A stretch of DNA of 64,000 nt from a virus (Duplodnaviria; Caudoviricetes): positions 64,001 to 128,000 of IMG/VR virus record IMGVR_UViG_641201006_000001; one strand, written 5' to 3'. Numbering within the stretch: position 1 is the stretch's first letter; every line of letters begins with the position of its first letter. The notes beneath the pieces are model-generated. The model searched no databases, had not been told where the DNA came from, and saw only the letters and a program-made list of their open reading frames with translations. Below, one piece after another: positions 9,786-20,700 of this stretch. The translations under genes and the position numbers were made by a program.

Positions 9786-12592
9786 CGCAACGTGCGAATC
9801 TACACCAATTACAACGTACAAGCATCGGACACCCGACCTTCTATGAACAATACACACAGTTAGAAAAGAACTCGGCTCATCAACGTGAGCCGGTTCGTTA
9901 TGCTGGTGACTTACCTATGACGGGTAACCGTGATGGGAGTCAGTGTCTTGTACTGGATGAAGGTACGGTGTACTACTGGAATGATGGATTACAAAAGTGG
10001 CAATCTGTATTAGGGAAAGCATACGAGGTATCTAGTAATATGCGACGCTTCAAGCGTAAGTATACTGCCGAAGAAGGACAGACAGTCTTCCACTTAGACT
10101 TTATTTATGAAGTCGGTGCAGATGCTTTAGATGTTTATGTACAGGGGATGTTGCAAGATGTTAACCAAGATTATGAAGAGACTGATGACAGAACGATCAC
10201 GTTCCGTAACCCGCTTCCAAAAGATATTATCGTCACTGTCGCAACACCGATGGTAATTGAAGGTACATACGGTGTACGTGAAATCGAGAAGCGCTTAAAA
10301 GAACTGGAACACAATAACTATCAAATGATTATGTCCCAGTATTATAGCGGTAAGCCTGTAGAAGTTCGCGGCATACTATTCGACGGCTTCCTTGATACAA
10401 AATACATTGACTTTATGATGACATCATTAAACATGAAGTATGATAACATCTTAAAGACAATGCGGCTCGACGGAGAATCTATTGTGATGTTATATGAAAC
10501 ATTCGATAACAATACGCTCATAGATCCAACGTCAGAAGTATTACTAAAGAACTCGGAGATTACCTTGCCGATTGAAGCGGTCTACAAGGAAGTATTCAAA
10601 GATGACTTCTCAACTCGTCGTTATATCAATGAAGAAATGACAAATGCCTACCACGACCTTGAGAAACAATTGATTACAACAGTCGATACATTTGCAGGGG
10701 CGAACCATTACTATAAAGGTGACTTTATGGGTACGACAGGGAAGGCTGACCAAGTAGGATTTAACAGCACTCAATCTGTAAACAGAGTTTACTATCAATC
10801 TACTGCATACGATTTCACAAACCAAAGTACTAGAAGTACATCCCCTTACAATGTGTTCAGTGTTATTCCGACGCAGTATTATATATGGGGTGCTAGTGAT
10901 GAACATATCTATGGTAAAACGAAGTTTCCTTATGATACTAATTACTATTTACAAGGAGCAGAGAGCTACCGAAATGCAATCGTTCATCCCTTTGCAGGCT
11001 CGCCAGCTACGTACGAATATCGTTCATTACCTCTTGCATCTGATTTTGATGGAGGGAAATATAAGTACATGATGGTATATGTAAAAAGCGCTGATGCGAT
11101 TTATGCACTGTACCAATACGCCGAAGGGTCAGATAAATATTATCAAAAATTGATTACTAGTAAGATGAGAAATTCGTATGCCATCAATGACATGGTTAAT
11201 GCGGGAATACCAGCGAATCGACCACCGAATATATTTGGTTCCGATACAACAAATTTCACACAGTCAACTGATTACATCTATCAAATTGCTGCAACAGAAA
11301 AAGAAGTTTTACTTCGTACAAAAGACAAGGTACATTTCCTTGACGTTGCAACCAATAAGATTGTAAAGACATTAGACTGGTCTACATCTGATGTAAGACC
11401 TGCTATTTTCAATAGGGGTTCTCAACAGTTTGCGGCTGACGCTAGATACTTATATTTCCCGTCTTCTTATACCATCAATAGTGTAACTGGATATTACATT
11501 GAAGTGTTTGATATTAACACAGGTGCGTTTGTGAATCGCATCTTAGTATCACAAGCGAATCAAACGTATCTTACGACAGCTATGCATTTTGATTTCCATA
11601 CCTCCCGCTTGATACTAGGTCAGAATCAATCTGGTAAATATGGTTTAATGGGAAAAGAAGTAAATAGCTATACGGTGAGTACCAGCTATTTATCATTCGT
11701 TATATTCGATACGCCAAACGTAAACGAACGTATCGTTCAATCGAAACCAATCACAACGAATCTACCTGTTATTAACTATCGTCTGCGAGCTACACAAACA
11801 TTGAATGATGGATTGATAACATACTATATTCGTATTGGCGGAGGCGCATGGATTAAGATTGATAAGGACAAAGAGAACACTTATGTGAATCCGAATGGTG
11901 CGAAGGAAACAACGTTAGAACTGCGTGCGGTATTACGTACCACAAGTCAATCTACAACGTCGCCGATCTTAACGGACTGGACATTAGAAGTGATGCCTTT
12001 TAAAACAACTGGTATCTACAAATCTATCACAAAGCAAATGTCACTCAAGGATGGTACTGGCGGACGGTTAATCACAACAGAATCTATTCCTGTTACATCT
12101 TCCCTGCAATGGTCACTACAAGTGCAGAAGGATATGCCGGAGATTACATTCTCATCTAGTAAGGAGTTCACGATACCTGATAATGTATTTGAAGGTGATG
12201 TAACACTCTTTGCGAGACTCGGTACAAACAATGTACTGATGTCACCAGTCGTTCAAGATGCACAGATCCAACTATATAAAGTAAATGCTGGTATACTTGA
12301 GTCAACCATCTTCGAACAAACGGATGACGTAAAGAATGTTACGATGTGGGTAACGTCCGGTTCATCTAATGACTACTACAAAGCACATCTATCTCGTGAC
12401 GGAGGTAAGACATGGGAGCTTGGTAAGCGTGTGAATGCCGTAAAAGGAAACGACGGCAACGTAGAAACAGAGTGGAAGTTTGATATGAAGACAGATACAT
12501 CCGAAAAGCGTAAAATAAAAATTAAATTAGAGATGAACGGCGTAACAGAGATTCACCAGTACGGTGCTGTTATTAGTCCATCGAAGGAGTGA
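9782..12592 (+). CDS. Tail fibre / receptor-binding protein with probable beta-propeller insert
   Basis: 936 aa. GQTVF module, aromatic-rich central region with propeller-like blades (HFLDVATNKIV, EVFDINTGAFV), Asp-box. Confidence 0.55.
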   Translation: MTQRANLHQLQRTSIGHPTFYEQYTQLEKNSAHQREPVRYAGDLPMTGNRDGSQCLVLDEGTVYYWNDGLQKWQSVLGKAYEVSSNMRRFKRKYTAEEGQTVFHLDFIYEVGADALDVYVQGMLQDVNQDYEETDDRTITFRNPLPKDIIVTVATPMVIEGTYGVREIEKRLKELEHNNYQMIMSQYYSGKPVEVRGILFDGFLDTKYIDFMMTSLNMKYDNILKTMRLDGESIVMLYETFDNNTLIDPTSEVLLKNSEITLPIEAVYKEVFKDDFSTRRYINEEMTNAYHDLEKQLITTVDTFAGANHYYKGDFMGTTGKADQVGFNSTQSVNRVYYQSTAYDFTNQSTRSTSPYNVFSVIPTQYYIWGASDEHIYGKTKFPYDTNYYLQGAESYRNAIVHPFAGSPATYEYRSLPLASDFDGGKYKYMMVYVKSADAIYALYQYAEGSDKYYQKLITSKMRNSYAINDMVNAGIPANRPPNIFGSDTTNFTQSTDYIYQIAATEKEVLLRTKDKVHFLDVATNKIVKTLDWSTSDVRPAIFNRGSQQFAADARYLYFPSSYTINSVTGYYIEVFDINTGAFVNRILVSQANQTYLTTAMHFDFHTSRLILGQNQSGKYGLMGKEVNSYTVSTSYLSFVIFDTPNVNERIVQSKPITTNLPVINYRLRATQTLNDGLITYYIRIGGGAWIKIDKDKENTYVNPNGAKETTLELRAVLRTTSQSTTSPILTDWTLEVMPFKTTGIYKSITKQMSLKDGTGGRLITTESIPVTSSLQWSLQVQKDMPEITFSSSKEFTIPDNVFEGDVTLFARLGTNNVLMSPVVQDAQIQLYKVNAGILESTIFEQTDDVKNVTMWVTSGSSNDYYKAHLSRDGGKTWELGKRVNAVKGNDGNVETEWKFDMKTDTSEKRKIKIKLEMNGVTEIHQYGAVISPSKE

Positions 12593-12596
12593 TCGC

Positions 12597-13211
12597 ATGA
12601 AGCAACTTCACCCTGAACAGTTGCCGACAGAAATCATTGAGTTACTACAAACACTCAATGGTAAAATCGACAGCTTACAAACTGAACTAAAGGAGCTGAA
12701 AGACCTTATGGCAATTTCAGAAGCGAGTTTCAATTTACTACAGAACAAGGTAGAAACATTAGAGGGTCAGATCGTTGAGATAAACGAATCTGTATTCGAA
12801 CTAGAGAAGAAATTCACAAAAGACTTCACAGACTTCCATGATTCAACAACAGAAACAATGACTGCTTTACTGAGTCGCATTGTTGCAATGGAAAAAACAC
12901 ATCTTGAATTAGCGAAGAAAGAACTTGTAATTGGATTAAGTGGTGCAGAATTAATGGCGCTACAAATTAAACTACCTACAACAGATGAGTTCGGTTGTGC
13001 GATTACATGGAAATCTGATAAACCACAATACATTACAGATGCAGGTGCTATCACAAGACCTACTCACGAGGAGGGTACGCAATCTGTTACAATGACTGCA
13101 ACACTTGCTTACGGTGGTTCAACAGATACGAAATCATTTGTACTAGAAGTAATTGCATTACCTGCTCCGGAACCTGAGCCTGAACCGGAAACAGAAACAC
13201 CACAAAGTTAA
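12597..13211 (+). CDS. Coiled-coil protein with C-terminal Ig-like domain and Pro/Glu tail
   Basis: AAGGAG RBS. Long heptad repeat, LPT....ITWKSD..ITDAG.ITRP..VTMTATL..TKSF Ig-like motif, PEPEPE tail. Confidence 0.6.
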   Translation: MKQLHPEQLPTEIIELLQTLNGKIDSLQTELKELKDLMAISEASFNLLQNKVETLEGQIVEINESVFELEKKFTKDFTDFHDSTTETMTALLSRIVAMEKTHLELAKKELVIGLSGAELMALQIKLPTTDEFGCAITWKSDKPQYITDAGAITRPTHEEGTQSVTMTATLAYGGSTDTKSFVLEVIALPAPEPEPEPETETPQS

Positions 13212-13230
13212 GGCATCTCAATTCTGAGAA

Positions 13231-13239
13231 TGCTATAAT
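13231..13239 (+). promoter_or_regulatory. Extended -10 promoter element (TGnTATAAT), no recognisable -35
   Basis: TGCTATAAT in an intergenic gap ahead of a hairpin and RBS. Confidence 0.5.
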
Positions 13240-13240
13240 A

Positions 13241-13275
13241 AAGACGAACGTGAACCATGCGTTCGTCTTCTTTGT
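13241..13275 (+). terminator. Stem-loop (terminator or 5' leader hairpin)
   Basis: AAGACGAACG...CGTTCGTCTT inverted repeat with a weak U-tract. Confidence 0.5.
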
Positions 13276-13289
13276 AAAGGAGGAAAATC

Positions 13290-13673
13290 ATGCGTACCCA
13301 GTTAAACGATTGGCAAATACGAGCAAGGGAGAATGAAAACGAAATGAAGTACGTTCACATTCCGTATCAAACAGTTGCGCATAGTCCGGCGGAGATTGTA
13401 ACGTATCCAGTTCCATTCCCTGCCGACATCAAGGGTATCAACATCAAGACCATTCGCATTGTATCAGAAGAGTCCCTGAACTTCGTTGTGAGCTTGATGG
13501 ATGGAAACACCAATGATGTGATTTACGAAAGTCTAGATGAGTTAGGAATGCAATACGACCAAGTAGACATTCCGTACAAACCGGCGGAACAGAAACTATT
13601 TGTTCGCATACATAACAAAGGGAGCGTCGCTACACGCTTTACAATCGACGTTCGAGGATTAGAGGTGAAGTAG
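13290..13673 (+). CDS. Small virion structural protein
   Basis: AAGGAGG RBS. Beta-rich. N-terminus (MRTQLNDWQIRA) resembles that of 4199-4996. Confidence 0.5.
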   Translation: MRTQLNDWQIRARENENEMKYVHIPYQTVAHSPAEIVTYPVPFPADIKGINIKTIRIVSEESLNFVVSLMDGNTNDVIYESLDELGMQYDQVDIPYKPAEQKLFVRIHNKGSVATRFTIDVRGLEVK

Positions 13674-13674
13674 G

Positions 13675-14556
13675 ATGGCAATGTACAAAGGAAAGGTCAA
13701 GAAGTCAGACCTAGTTGGATTGCTCGTTGATAAATTAACAACTGCGCCAGTAGGTTCCGGTGAAGCATACTGGAAAGCAGTGCAGTCCGGAAAGGTCGAT
13801 ACAGAAGGCTATGTTCTTTTCTCAAAAGGGAAAAGCGGGAAGGATAAAATCTTTATTCGTATTAAAGACGATATGACGAATGGTCGTATCTTCATGAGTA
13901 TGATGGAAGATTACCAGCCTAATAATGTAGTAGGTTTAGCGGGTACGGCAATTAATGAATCGTATCAACAACACGTTTCTTATTACAACTCAACATACGC
14001 ATCAACGATGCCTGTTATCTATCTCTTAAACTTTGACCGAGATAAAATCATGCTTGTGTTACGAGGCGATCCGGGATACTCTACTAGTTTTCCGGGGTAT
14101 GTACTTGCGTGGATTGGAATGCCGGAGCGATTAAGTAATGAGCCTGATTCAACTGCGGTATCATTTGCGGTCAGTCGATATGGGTATCAATTAACTGCTG
14201 CTGGTTCATCTGCTGGTGGTGCTTATGCTACGCTAAAATCACTACGTAATCGTAGAAGATTAACACAGCAAAACTACAGTATGACTTACGTAGCTAATCC
14301 AAGAACAAAAGGTGCAGGAGGAATCATCTCTACATCTCCTATTTACTTACGAGATGGACAGGAAGGCGGACGCAGTAAGCTTGCTGGTGTTCTTCCTATC
14401 TTCCAAAGTACAACATTACCTGACTTTAAGAATGGTGATGAGATTACGATTGATTCCAAACGATATGTCATTTATGAGGTAGGACAAATCAGTGGCGCAA
14501 GTTCCGATGTAAACTGCTTCCCTTCTCCATACATGGCAATCGAATACTTAACGTAA
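13675..14556 (+). CDS. Virion structural/fibre protein, paralogue 1 of 3
   Basis: Shares MAxYxG start, S.G.SGKD.I.I, KDRI..(W/Y)xGMP.R and GDxIxxDG.xY motifs with the next two genes. Confidence 0.6.
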   Translation: MAMYKGKVKKSDLVGLLVDKLTTAPVGSGEAYWKAVQSGKVDTEGYVLFSKGKSGKDKIFIRIKDDMTNGRIFMSMMEDYQPNNVVGLAGTAINESYQQHVSYYNSTYASTMPVIYLLNFDRDKIMLVLRGDPGYSTSFPGYVLAWIGMPERLSNEPDSTAVSFAVSRYGYQLTAAGSSAGGAYATLKSLRNRRRLTQQNYSMTYVANPRTKGAGGIISTSPIYLRDGQEGGRSKLAGVLPIFQSTTLPDFKNGDEITIDSKRYVIYEVGQISGASSDVNCFPSPYMAIEYLT

Positions 14557-14568
14557 GGAGGGATTCTC

Positions 14569-15381
14569 ATGGCGATCTATAAAGGAACCATTAAGGCAGA
14601 CCAGTTCTATAATAAAATCTGCGAACTGCTCATTGCCGAAGGATACCAAGATGTAACCATCAATCAATCGAATGAAGGTCGAGTGTTTTATACACAAGGC
14701 GTGAGTGGGAAAGATACCTTCTATATCCAACTGTATAAAGCATACTTAGGTTCGATTAACATTGGTGTGTACGAAGGATATAATAACGACGGCACAGGTA
14801 AAGGCGCATTCCAAAACGGAAACCAATATGTATACATCAACTGGATGAACGATATATCAACAACTGAGTCTACTTATTCTGTTAAGTACGTTATCAATGT
14901 AAACAAAGATAGACTACTTATCTACGTAGAAGGTCTATATGTCAACTCAAACAAAATGGTTTCACTTACTTATGCAGGTCTTCCAAAGCGTTATGATCCA
15001 AAAGACCTAAGTGGGTATGCTGCATTTGTAACAGGAACATCTGTTGTAAAGACTGCCGTATCTCATCAAACAAGAATGCTTCGTGACCGTTCTCTTGCAA
15101 AGAATGTTGAGTATCTAGCAACAGCGATGGACTTAGGCGCACAACCCGGATGGACAAATAAATTGTTCCGTAGTCCTATCTATCTATATCATCGTACGAA
15201 TGGTGCGTTTGAAGGATTACGAGGAGAACTAGAAGGTATCTTCTACATTCCAAAAAACGATACAGTCAATGGTGACATCGTAACGGAAGACGGAAAACAA
15301 TATATGCTTGTTAGACCAACATATAATAGTACAACGACTGGCGTGCTATACGGGCAATGGTTCTACGCTATTGAAATATAA
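14569..15381 (+). CDS. Virion structural/fibre protein, paralogue 2 of 3
   Basis: Same motifs, including EGLRGELEGIF. Confidence 0.6.
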   Translation: MAIYKGTIKADQFYNKICELLIAEGYQDVTINQSNEGRVFYTQGVSGKDTFYIQLYKAYLGSINIGVYEGYNNDGTGKGAFQNGNQYVYINWMNDISTTESTYSVKYVINVNKDRLLIYVEGLYVNSNKMVSLTYAGLPKRYDPKDLSGYAAFVTGTSVVKTAVSHQTRMLRDRSLAKNVEYLATAMDLGAQPGWTNKLFRSPIYLYHRTNGAFEGLRGELEGIFYIPKNDTVNGDIVTEDGKQYMLVRPTYNSTTTGVLYGQWFYAIEI

Positions 15382-15395
15382 AGGAGGAATTATAG

Positions 15396-16199
15396 ATGGC
15401 ATATCATACTGGTACAGTACAAGCGAAAGACTTGCTTGCTACAATCATCAATAAAGTAACAATGGTTCAGCCGGGCGAAACTGATGCTTGGTGGAAGAAA
15501 GAATCATCTGTAGAAGCAGATGGTGTATACACATCAACAGGTTCAACAGGAAAAGAACGTATCGTAATCATGCTTCGTCCCGGTACAGATGGACAAACAA
15601 TTATCGTCGGTACAGCAAAAGATTATACACCGGGTGCAGCAAATGTTGCAGGTGCGTTTATCTCATCTAGTCTATTCTCGATGCAATATTATTCAGCAAC
15701 GCAAGACCCTGCTGTTCTTGTAAGCTATGATTTAAGTGTAACGAAAGACCGCATTATCCTACATGTACAAGGTGATAAACTAATCAATGGATGGTATAAC
15801 CCTGTTGCCTTTCTTGGTATGCCAGTTCGCTACGACATCAACGATAAGAATTGTATTGTTCGTGCAACAAACGAGAACGTTCCATCTGCTGAAAGCGTTG
15901 GACTTATGGTTGTAGAAAATAGTGTAGGAAATGTATGGTCGAAATACACATGGAAATACGTAGACTCACCAAGCAATCCATCATGGGGTAATACTTACTT
16001 CCTTGAGACATTCCACTTTAGTTTTCCGGGTGAAGGTCTTCGTGGAGAACTAGAAGGCATCTACGGATTACCATCAGATAATGTTAGTGACGGTGATATT
16101 ATAGATGTAGATGGTACGCAGTTTAAAATCATCAAGCGTACGAATACAGCTCAATATAACGGATTCCCACGAGATACACTTGCAATGAAAATGAAGTAG
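15396..16199 (+). CDS. Virion structural/fibre protein, paralogue 3 of 3
   Basis: Same motifs, including EGLRGELEGIY. Confidence 0.6.
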   Translation: MAYHTGTVQAKDLLATIINKVTMVQPGETDAWWKKESSVEADGVYTSTGSTGKERIVIMLRPGTDGQTIIVGTAKDYTPGAANVAGAFISSSLFSMQYYSATQDPAVLVSYDLSVTKDRIILHVQGDKLINGWYNPVAFLGMPVRYDINDKNCIVRATNENVPSAESVGLMVVENSVGNVWSKYTWKYVDSPSNPSWGNTYFLETFHFSFPGEGLRGELEGIYGLPSDNVSDGDIIDVDGTQFKIIKRTNTAQYNGFPRDTLAMKMK

Positions 16200-16212
16200 G
16201 GAGGGATAGATC

Positions 16213-16557
16213 ATGGCTGATGTAAAACATGGACGTATCCTTCGACCTATTACAAAAGGTGCAAGACAGATAACAGCCGTTATGACCTCTGTAGAATCTC
16301 GTTCTGTCGCGAACTTGATACCGACAGATATATCAGATGCTACACGTAAATATAAAGTTGTGAATCCATTGAAAGCCGGTATCAGACCATCACAAGGACT
16401 GGTAATGGAGTCACCGGAAGCACGCATACTAGCAGAACAAGTACCGGTGATTTACACAGGTAGAGGAGCAATGCCTCTGACAATGAATGACCAACCAACA
16501 ACAGAACGAAAACCGATTCGTCGCTGGCCTCGTGACTGGCACGGTGAAAACATGTAG
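16213..16557 (+). CDS. Hypothetical protein (structural operon)
   Basis: GGAGG RBS, 114 aa, ends at a terminator. Confidence 0.6.
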   Translation: MADVKHGRILRPITKGARQITAVMTSVESRSVANLIPTDISDATRKYKVVNPLKAGIRPSQGLVMESPEARILAEQVPVIYTGRGAMPLTMNDQPTTERKPIRRWPRDWHGENM

Positions 16558-16582
16558 CAGAGGTCTATCCTCTGCTCTTTTT
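16556..16582 (+). terminator. Rho-independent terminator
   Basis: AGCAGAGG-tctat-CCTCTGCT followed by a T-tract. Confidence 0.7.
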
Positions 16583-16596
16583 ATAGGAGGGATATT

Positions 16597-17715
16597 ATGC
16601 AATCACGTTTTGCAGAAATAACAGAAGTCATGCAGAAAGAATTACCAAGATGGTTTAAGATGCGTAAGGATAAGAATAGTATGGGTGCGCAGTTCCTTAA
16701 CGTATTCGGCTTACAATTCGATGACATTAAGTTCATGCTTCAATATGCATTAGACAATCAGTTCATCGGTACGGCTGATGTACATCAAATCGACATCATC
16801 TATAAAGCCAACATACCAGCTACGTTAACGGAAGAAGATACGTTCATCTTAATTGGCGGGAATACAAAGTTACAAACCTGCAACAGCTTAAAAGAGTTCT
16901 TCGAGGGAATCGACACACGTTTCTTAGAACGTAAAGAAATCTATTACCCAAATCCATATTACATCGACTGGGTGCAGCACATCGTTTATTTCAAACGTGC
17001 GTATGATCCAACGGAATCTTATCCGGAAGGAAGAGTCACACTGCGATTACTAGATGATGAATTTAAGACAATTGCAGAACACGAACTACCACAACACATT
17101 CATCATGTGCATAACTTCTTTGATGAGTTTGGGTTGCTACTAGATACAGCACGATTATATGGCGAGAAGAACCGTGAATACAAAGAACGATTACTTGATG
17201 TATTCCGTCACCCTGCTAACTCTACAAAGACTGGTTTAGAGTTTCACTTGGCTCGTGAGTTAGGATTATGGAAAGAAGTAAAGTGGTATGACGGCGGTGC
17301 AGAACTGGTATTAAACCAAAGTAATATCTTACCGCATAGCATTGAGGTCGATGGAATCAAGTGGGGAGAATCTATGATTAAATACGACCATAGCGGACGA
17401 GTGGTACTGAGCGCAGATGAAGAGTTCCGAAACATCTCACGAACAGTTCGATTTATCTCCGGACTCAAGATGCACACCTTCCACGATAAGCGTGACTACG
17501 CCTTTCAGCGAGAGTTGTATGACATTGATGGTACGCCGACGACCATGCTACAATACTATGTAGATGTCATAACAAATAAGATTCCGATTCTATGGAATCA
17601 CTTTGTATGGAACGAATCATTTTGGAATGTAGCTGACACAGAAATGAGTGGGTACGGAGCAATCCCTACATTTAACGATGCTCGCTTCTTAAATTGGCAG
17701 AAATATAAGGGGTAG
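16597..17715 (+). CDS. Putative baseplate wedge/structural protein
   Basis: FDEFGLLL...RL.GE.N.EYK.RL...P motif resembles wedge (tail protein I/J-related) segments. Strong RBS. Confidence 0.5.
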   Translation: MQSRFAEITEVMQKELPRWFKMRKDKNSMGAQFLNVFGLQFDDIKFMLQYALDNQFIGTADVHQIDIIYKANIPATLTEEDTFILIGGNTKLQTCNSLKEFFEGIDTRFLERKEIYYPNPYYIDWVQHIVYFKRAYDPTESYPEGRVTLRLLDDEFKTIAEHELPQHIHHVHNFFDEFGLLLDTARLYGEKNREYKERLLDVFRHPANSTKTGLEFHLARELGLWKEVKWYDGGAELVLNQSNILPHSIEVDGIKWGESMIKYDHSGRVVLSADEEFRNISRTVRFISGLKMHTFHDKRDYAFQRELYDIDGTPTTMLQYYVDVITNKIPILWNHFVWNESFWNVADTEMSGYGAIPTFNDARFLNWQKYKG

Positions 17716-17727
17716 GAGGAAACAAGC

Positions 17728-20700
17728 ATGGCTACTCGTAATTTTAATATGACGCTACAACTTGATGCGAAATACATCGGTGAGCGTTGGTGGGCGGGTG
17801 AAGAGATTCACCAGTTATGGAATGTAGAAAACATGAATACACTGCAACGTTCTGAATGGGGATTAGATAGAAACGGTTGGATACAATATCGTAGCCAACT
17901 GGATTCCTATTCGATTCGTTATAGTGCATGGGATACCATCTTAAACGATTACTACTTCGAAACAAAGATGCAACCTGCTGGTCAAGGGAACTATGAGATT
18001 GGGTTAGCATTCCGTATGAAAGACCGTTACTCATTCTACTACTTAACATATAACGGTGGATATGCAGACTGGGGCGGTAAGAACATTCGCCTGATGAAAG
18101 TAATCGGTACGCAACATGTAAAGCTGGCTGAGTATGAATGTCCTGTATTCGATACAAAGACCGTTTACAAAGTTCGTGTTGATTTAAAAGGTAACAACAT
18201 TAAGGTTACATGGGATGACCAAGTTATCTTTAACTTCAACGACCCAAACCCAATTCCAAACGGTGCATTCGGGCCACTTGTAATGGGACAAGAGTTTGCG
18301 AAGTGGGAAGGCTTCCAAGCGAAGAACGTAACGAAGTTCATCTTGCAAGAACGCTACAATGATTTAGGAGTAGAGTCCAACTACAATTCACCTGAAACTG
18401 GTAAGCTAGTAGACTCGAAAACTGTTGAAGACTTAATGCGTAAGCAACTTGATACATACTTAAACGGACGAGTATATGAACGTATCATCTATGATGCATT
18501 CCGTCTTGTATCGTCTGAACCAAGAGTCAAACTAGTCTTTGACCGTGTACCAAATAAAAACGTTACATCTGACCCGACATCTCGAATCTATGCTTATCAA
18601 GATGCGCCGTCAGTACCGCCTGTCGCTCCTATTAACTTACTGGGTAAAGCATTAAGTACATCTAGTATTCAGCTTGACTGGACGCATGTCGATGACAGCG
18701 AAGATGGATTCTATATACTAGATGAGAACGGTGAGACAAAAGGAATTGTCGGGGTAGACACATTCCAATTTATCGAGGAAGGCTTGGAGGAGAATACCAG
18801 TTACAAACGTAAAGTGGTTGCCTTCAACGTAGCGGGACGAAGTAAAGAATCAAATACAGTTATCGTGAAGACATTGCAGTCCGTACCAATTGCGCCATCT
18901 GACTTCGAGGGGAAACCAACAGGTGATGGTGAAATTACATGGACATGGAAAGACCATTCATTCAACGAAGCATCATTTGAAATTATTGAGTGGGATCAGT
19001 ACGGAAACATTCAAGTCATTGGTACAGTTGGTGAGAACGTAACAGTATTTGTTGAGAAGGGATTAATTCCGTTACAAGAATATACTCGTGCTGTAAGGGC
19101 AAAGAACCCTGCGGGCGTGAGTCCTCCTTCTAATAAAGCAACAGTAAAGACGAAAAAGGACGTACCACCAAAACCAAACAAAGCACCAATCAACTTCTAC
19201 GGCGTAGGGATTTCAGACGATACAATCGTTTGGTCATGGGAGGATGAAAATACAGTACCGATTGATGGCTACGAGTTATTGGATCCGGACGATAATGTTA
19301 TCGCAACAATTAAAGGCAAGATTACGAACTTCTACGAAAGCGGACTATATGCAAAGATGAAGTACCGCAGAAAGATTCGTGCTTTCAATGAAGGCGGAGT
19401 GGGGCCAGCATCTTTAATTGCAGAGGCGGAAACATTAGACTACGGTAGTAACTTTAAAGATAAGCCAGTTGCTCCGTTTAATCTATACATCATGGAAGTC
19501 GGTACAGACCGATGTAAGTTACGTTGGGAATACAATGACCATCCATTAATGCCGGCAGTCGGATTCAACTTATACAATGAGTTAGACCAAGTAGTAGATA
19601 CTGTACCACTTGAAGTACGTGAACGTAATATCCTGCACTTAAATCCTGACTCGGTTTATTACTTCTACGTAACGGCGTACAACAAGAATGGCGACAGTTT
19701 ACCGTCGAATAAAGTACGTGTTAAAACACTCAAGGTATATGTTGACGAAAATGAGAATAACGAAGATGACAAGACTCCTTCGAAACCTCTCGATGATCCG
19801 CTAGGAGATTTAACATATGACCAAGAGAAACCGGGCATGGAAAAGATTCGTGCATTCCAATCCGGTATTGGTGACCGCTTAGATTTAGCCGTACGTAATG
19901 TAATGCATACAGGCGGAGTCAATATGGAAGAGTTCGATTGTGCGATGTACATCAAAGGGTTGTATCAAAAAGAAGAACCGAAGTTTGTTGACGTGCAATT
20001 TAAGTTCCGTGTTACATGTAACGGTATTGATGTTCGTAACCGCACCGCTTACTCAAAAGTATCCGAATGGATGGGCGCAACAGTTCGCGGCGGTGAAGAT
20101 GGTATTACATTCAATACACCAACAAAGATGGAAACGCCGGACTATGTAACAGAGAAAATATACACAATCGAAGTGCAGGACATGAAAGGTAATACAATTC
20201 CGATGGACGGCACAGAGAAAGGCGATGTAAAAGTACACTGGACTCTTGACCCGTATGAAGCGAAAGACAAGATTGGATGGGTACAAGAAATCTATATGCG
20301 TAACGTATTTAACAACTGGAAGAAGTTCTCGCATAAAGGTGTATTTCAACCAGCGAATAGTTTAGAGATGAATGCATGGCGTTACAAAGAAGATACGGAT
20401 GAGTTAATCTGTACGCAGAATACAGATACATATGTTGGTGCAGTAAGTCCTGATGTATATGATGACTATTACATCAAAGCGCAGTTCCGTTCAAACAACT
20501 GGGACGATGATGCAATGGCATTCGTCGTTGCTTATACGCTAGATGAGTACAGCCGTGAACATACCATTTCAGCAGTACGTACACATTCATCTGCTATCAC
20601 ATGGTCGTTAGTTTATAACTACTCATCAACTGGTCAGAAGACATTAGCTTCTAACATCGAGGTTGATAAGGAACTTGTAAGTAATGACAATACAAAAGGC

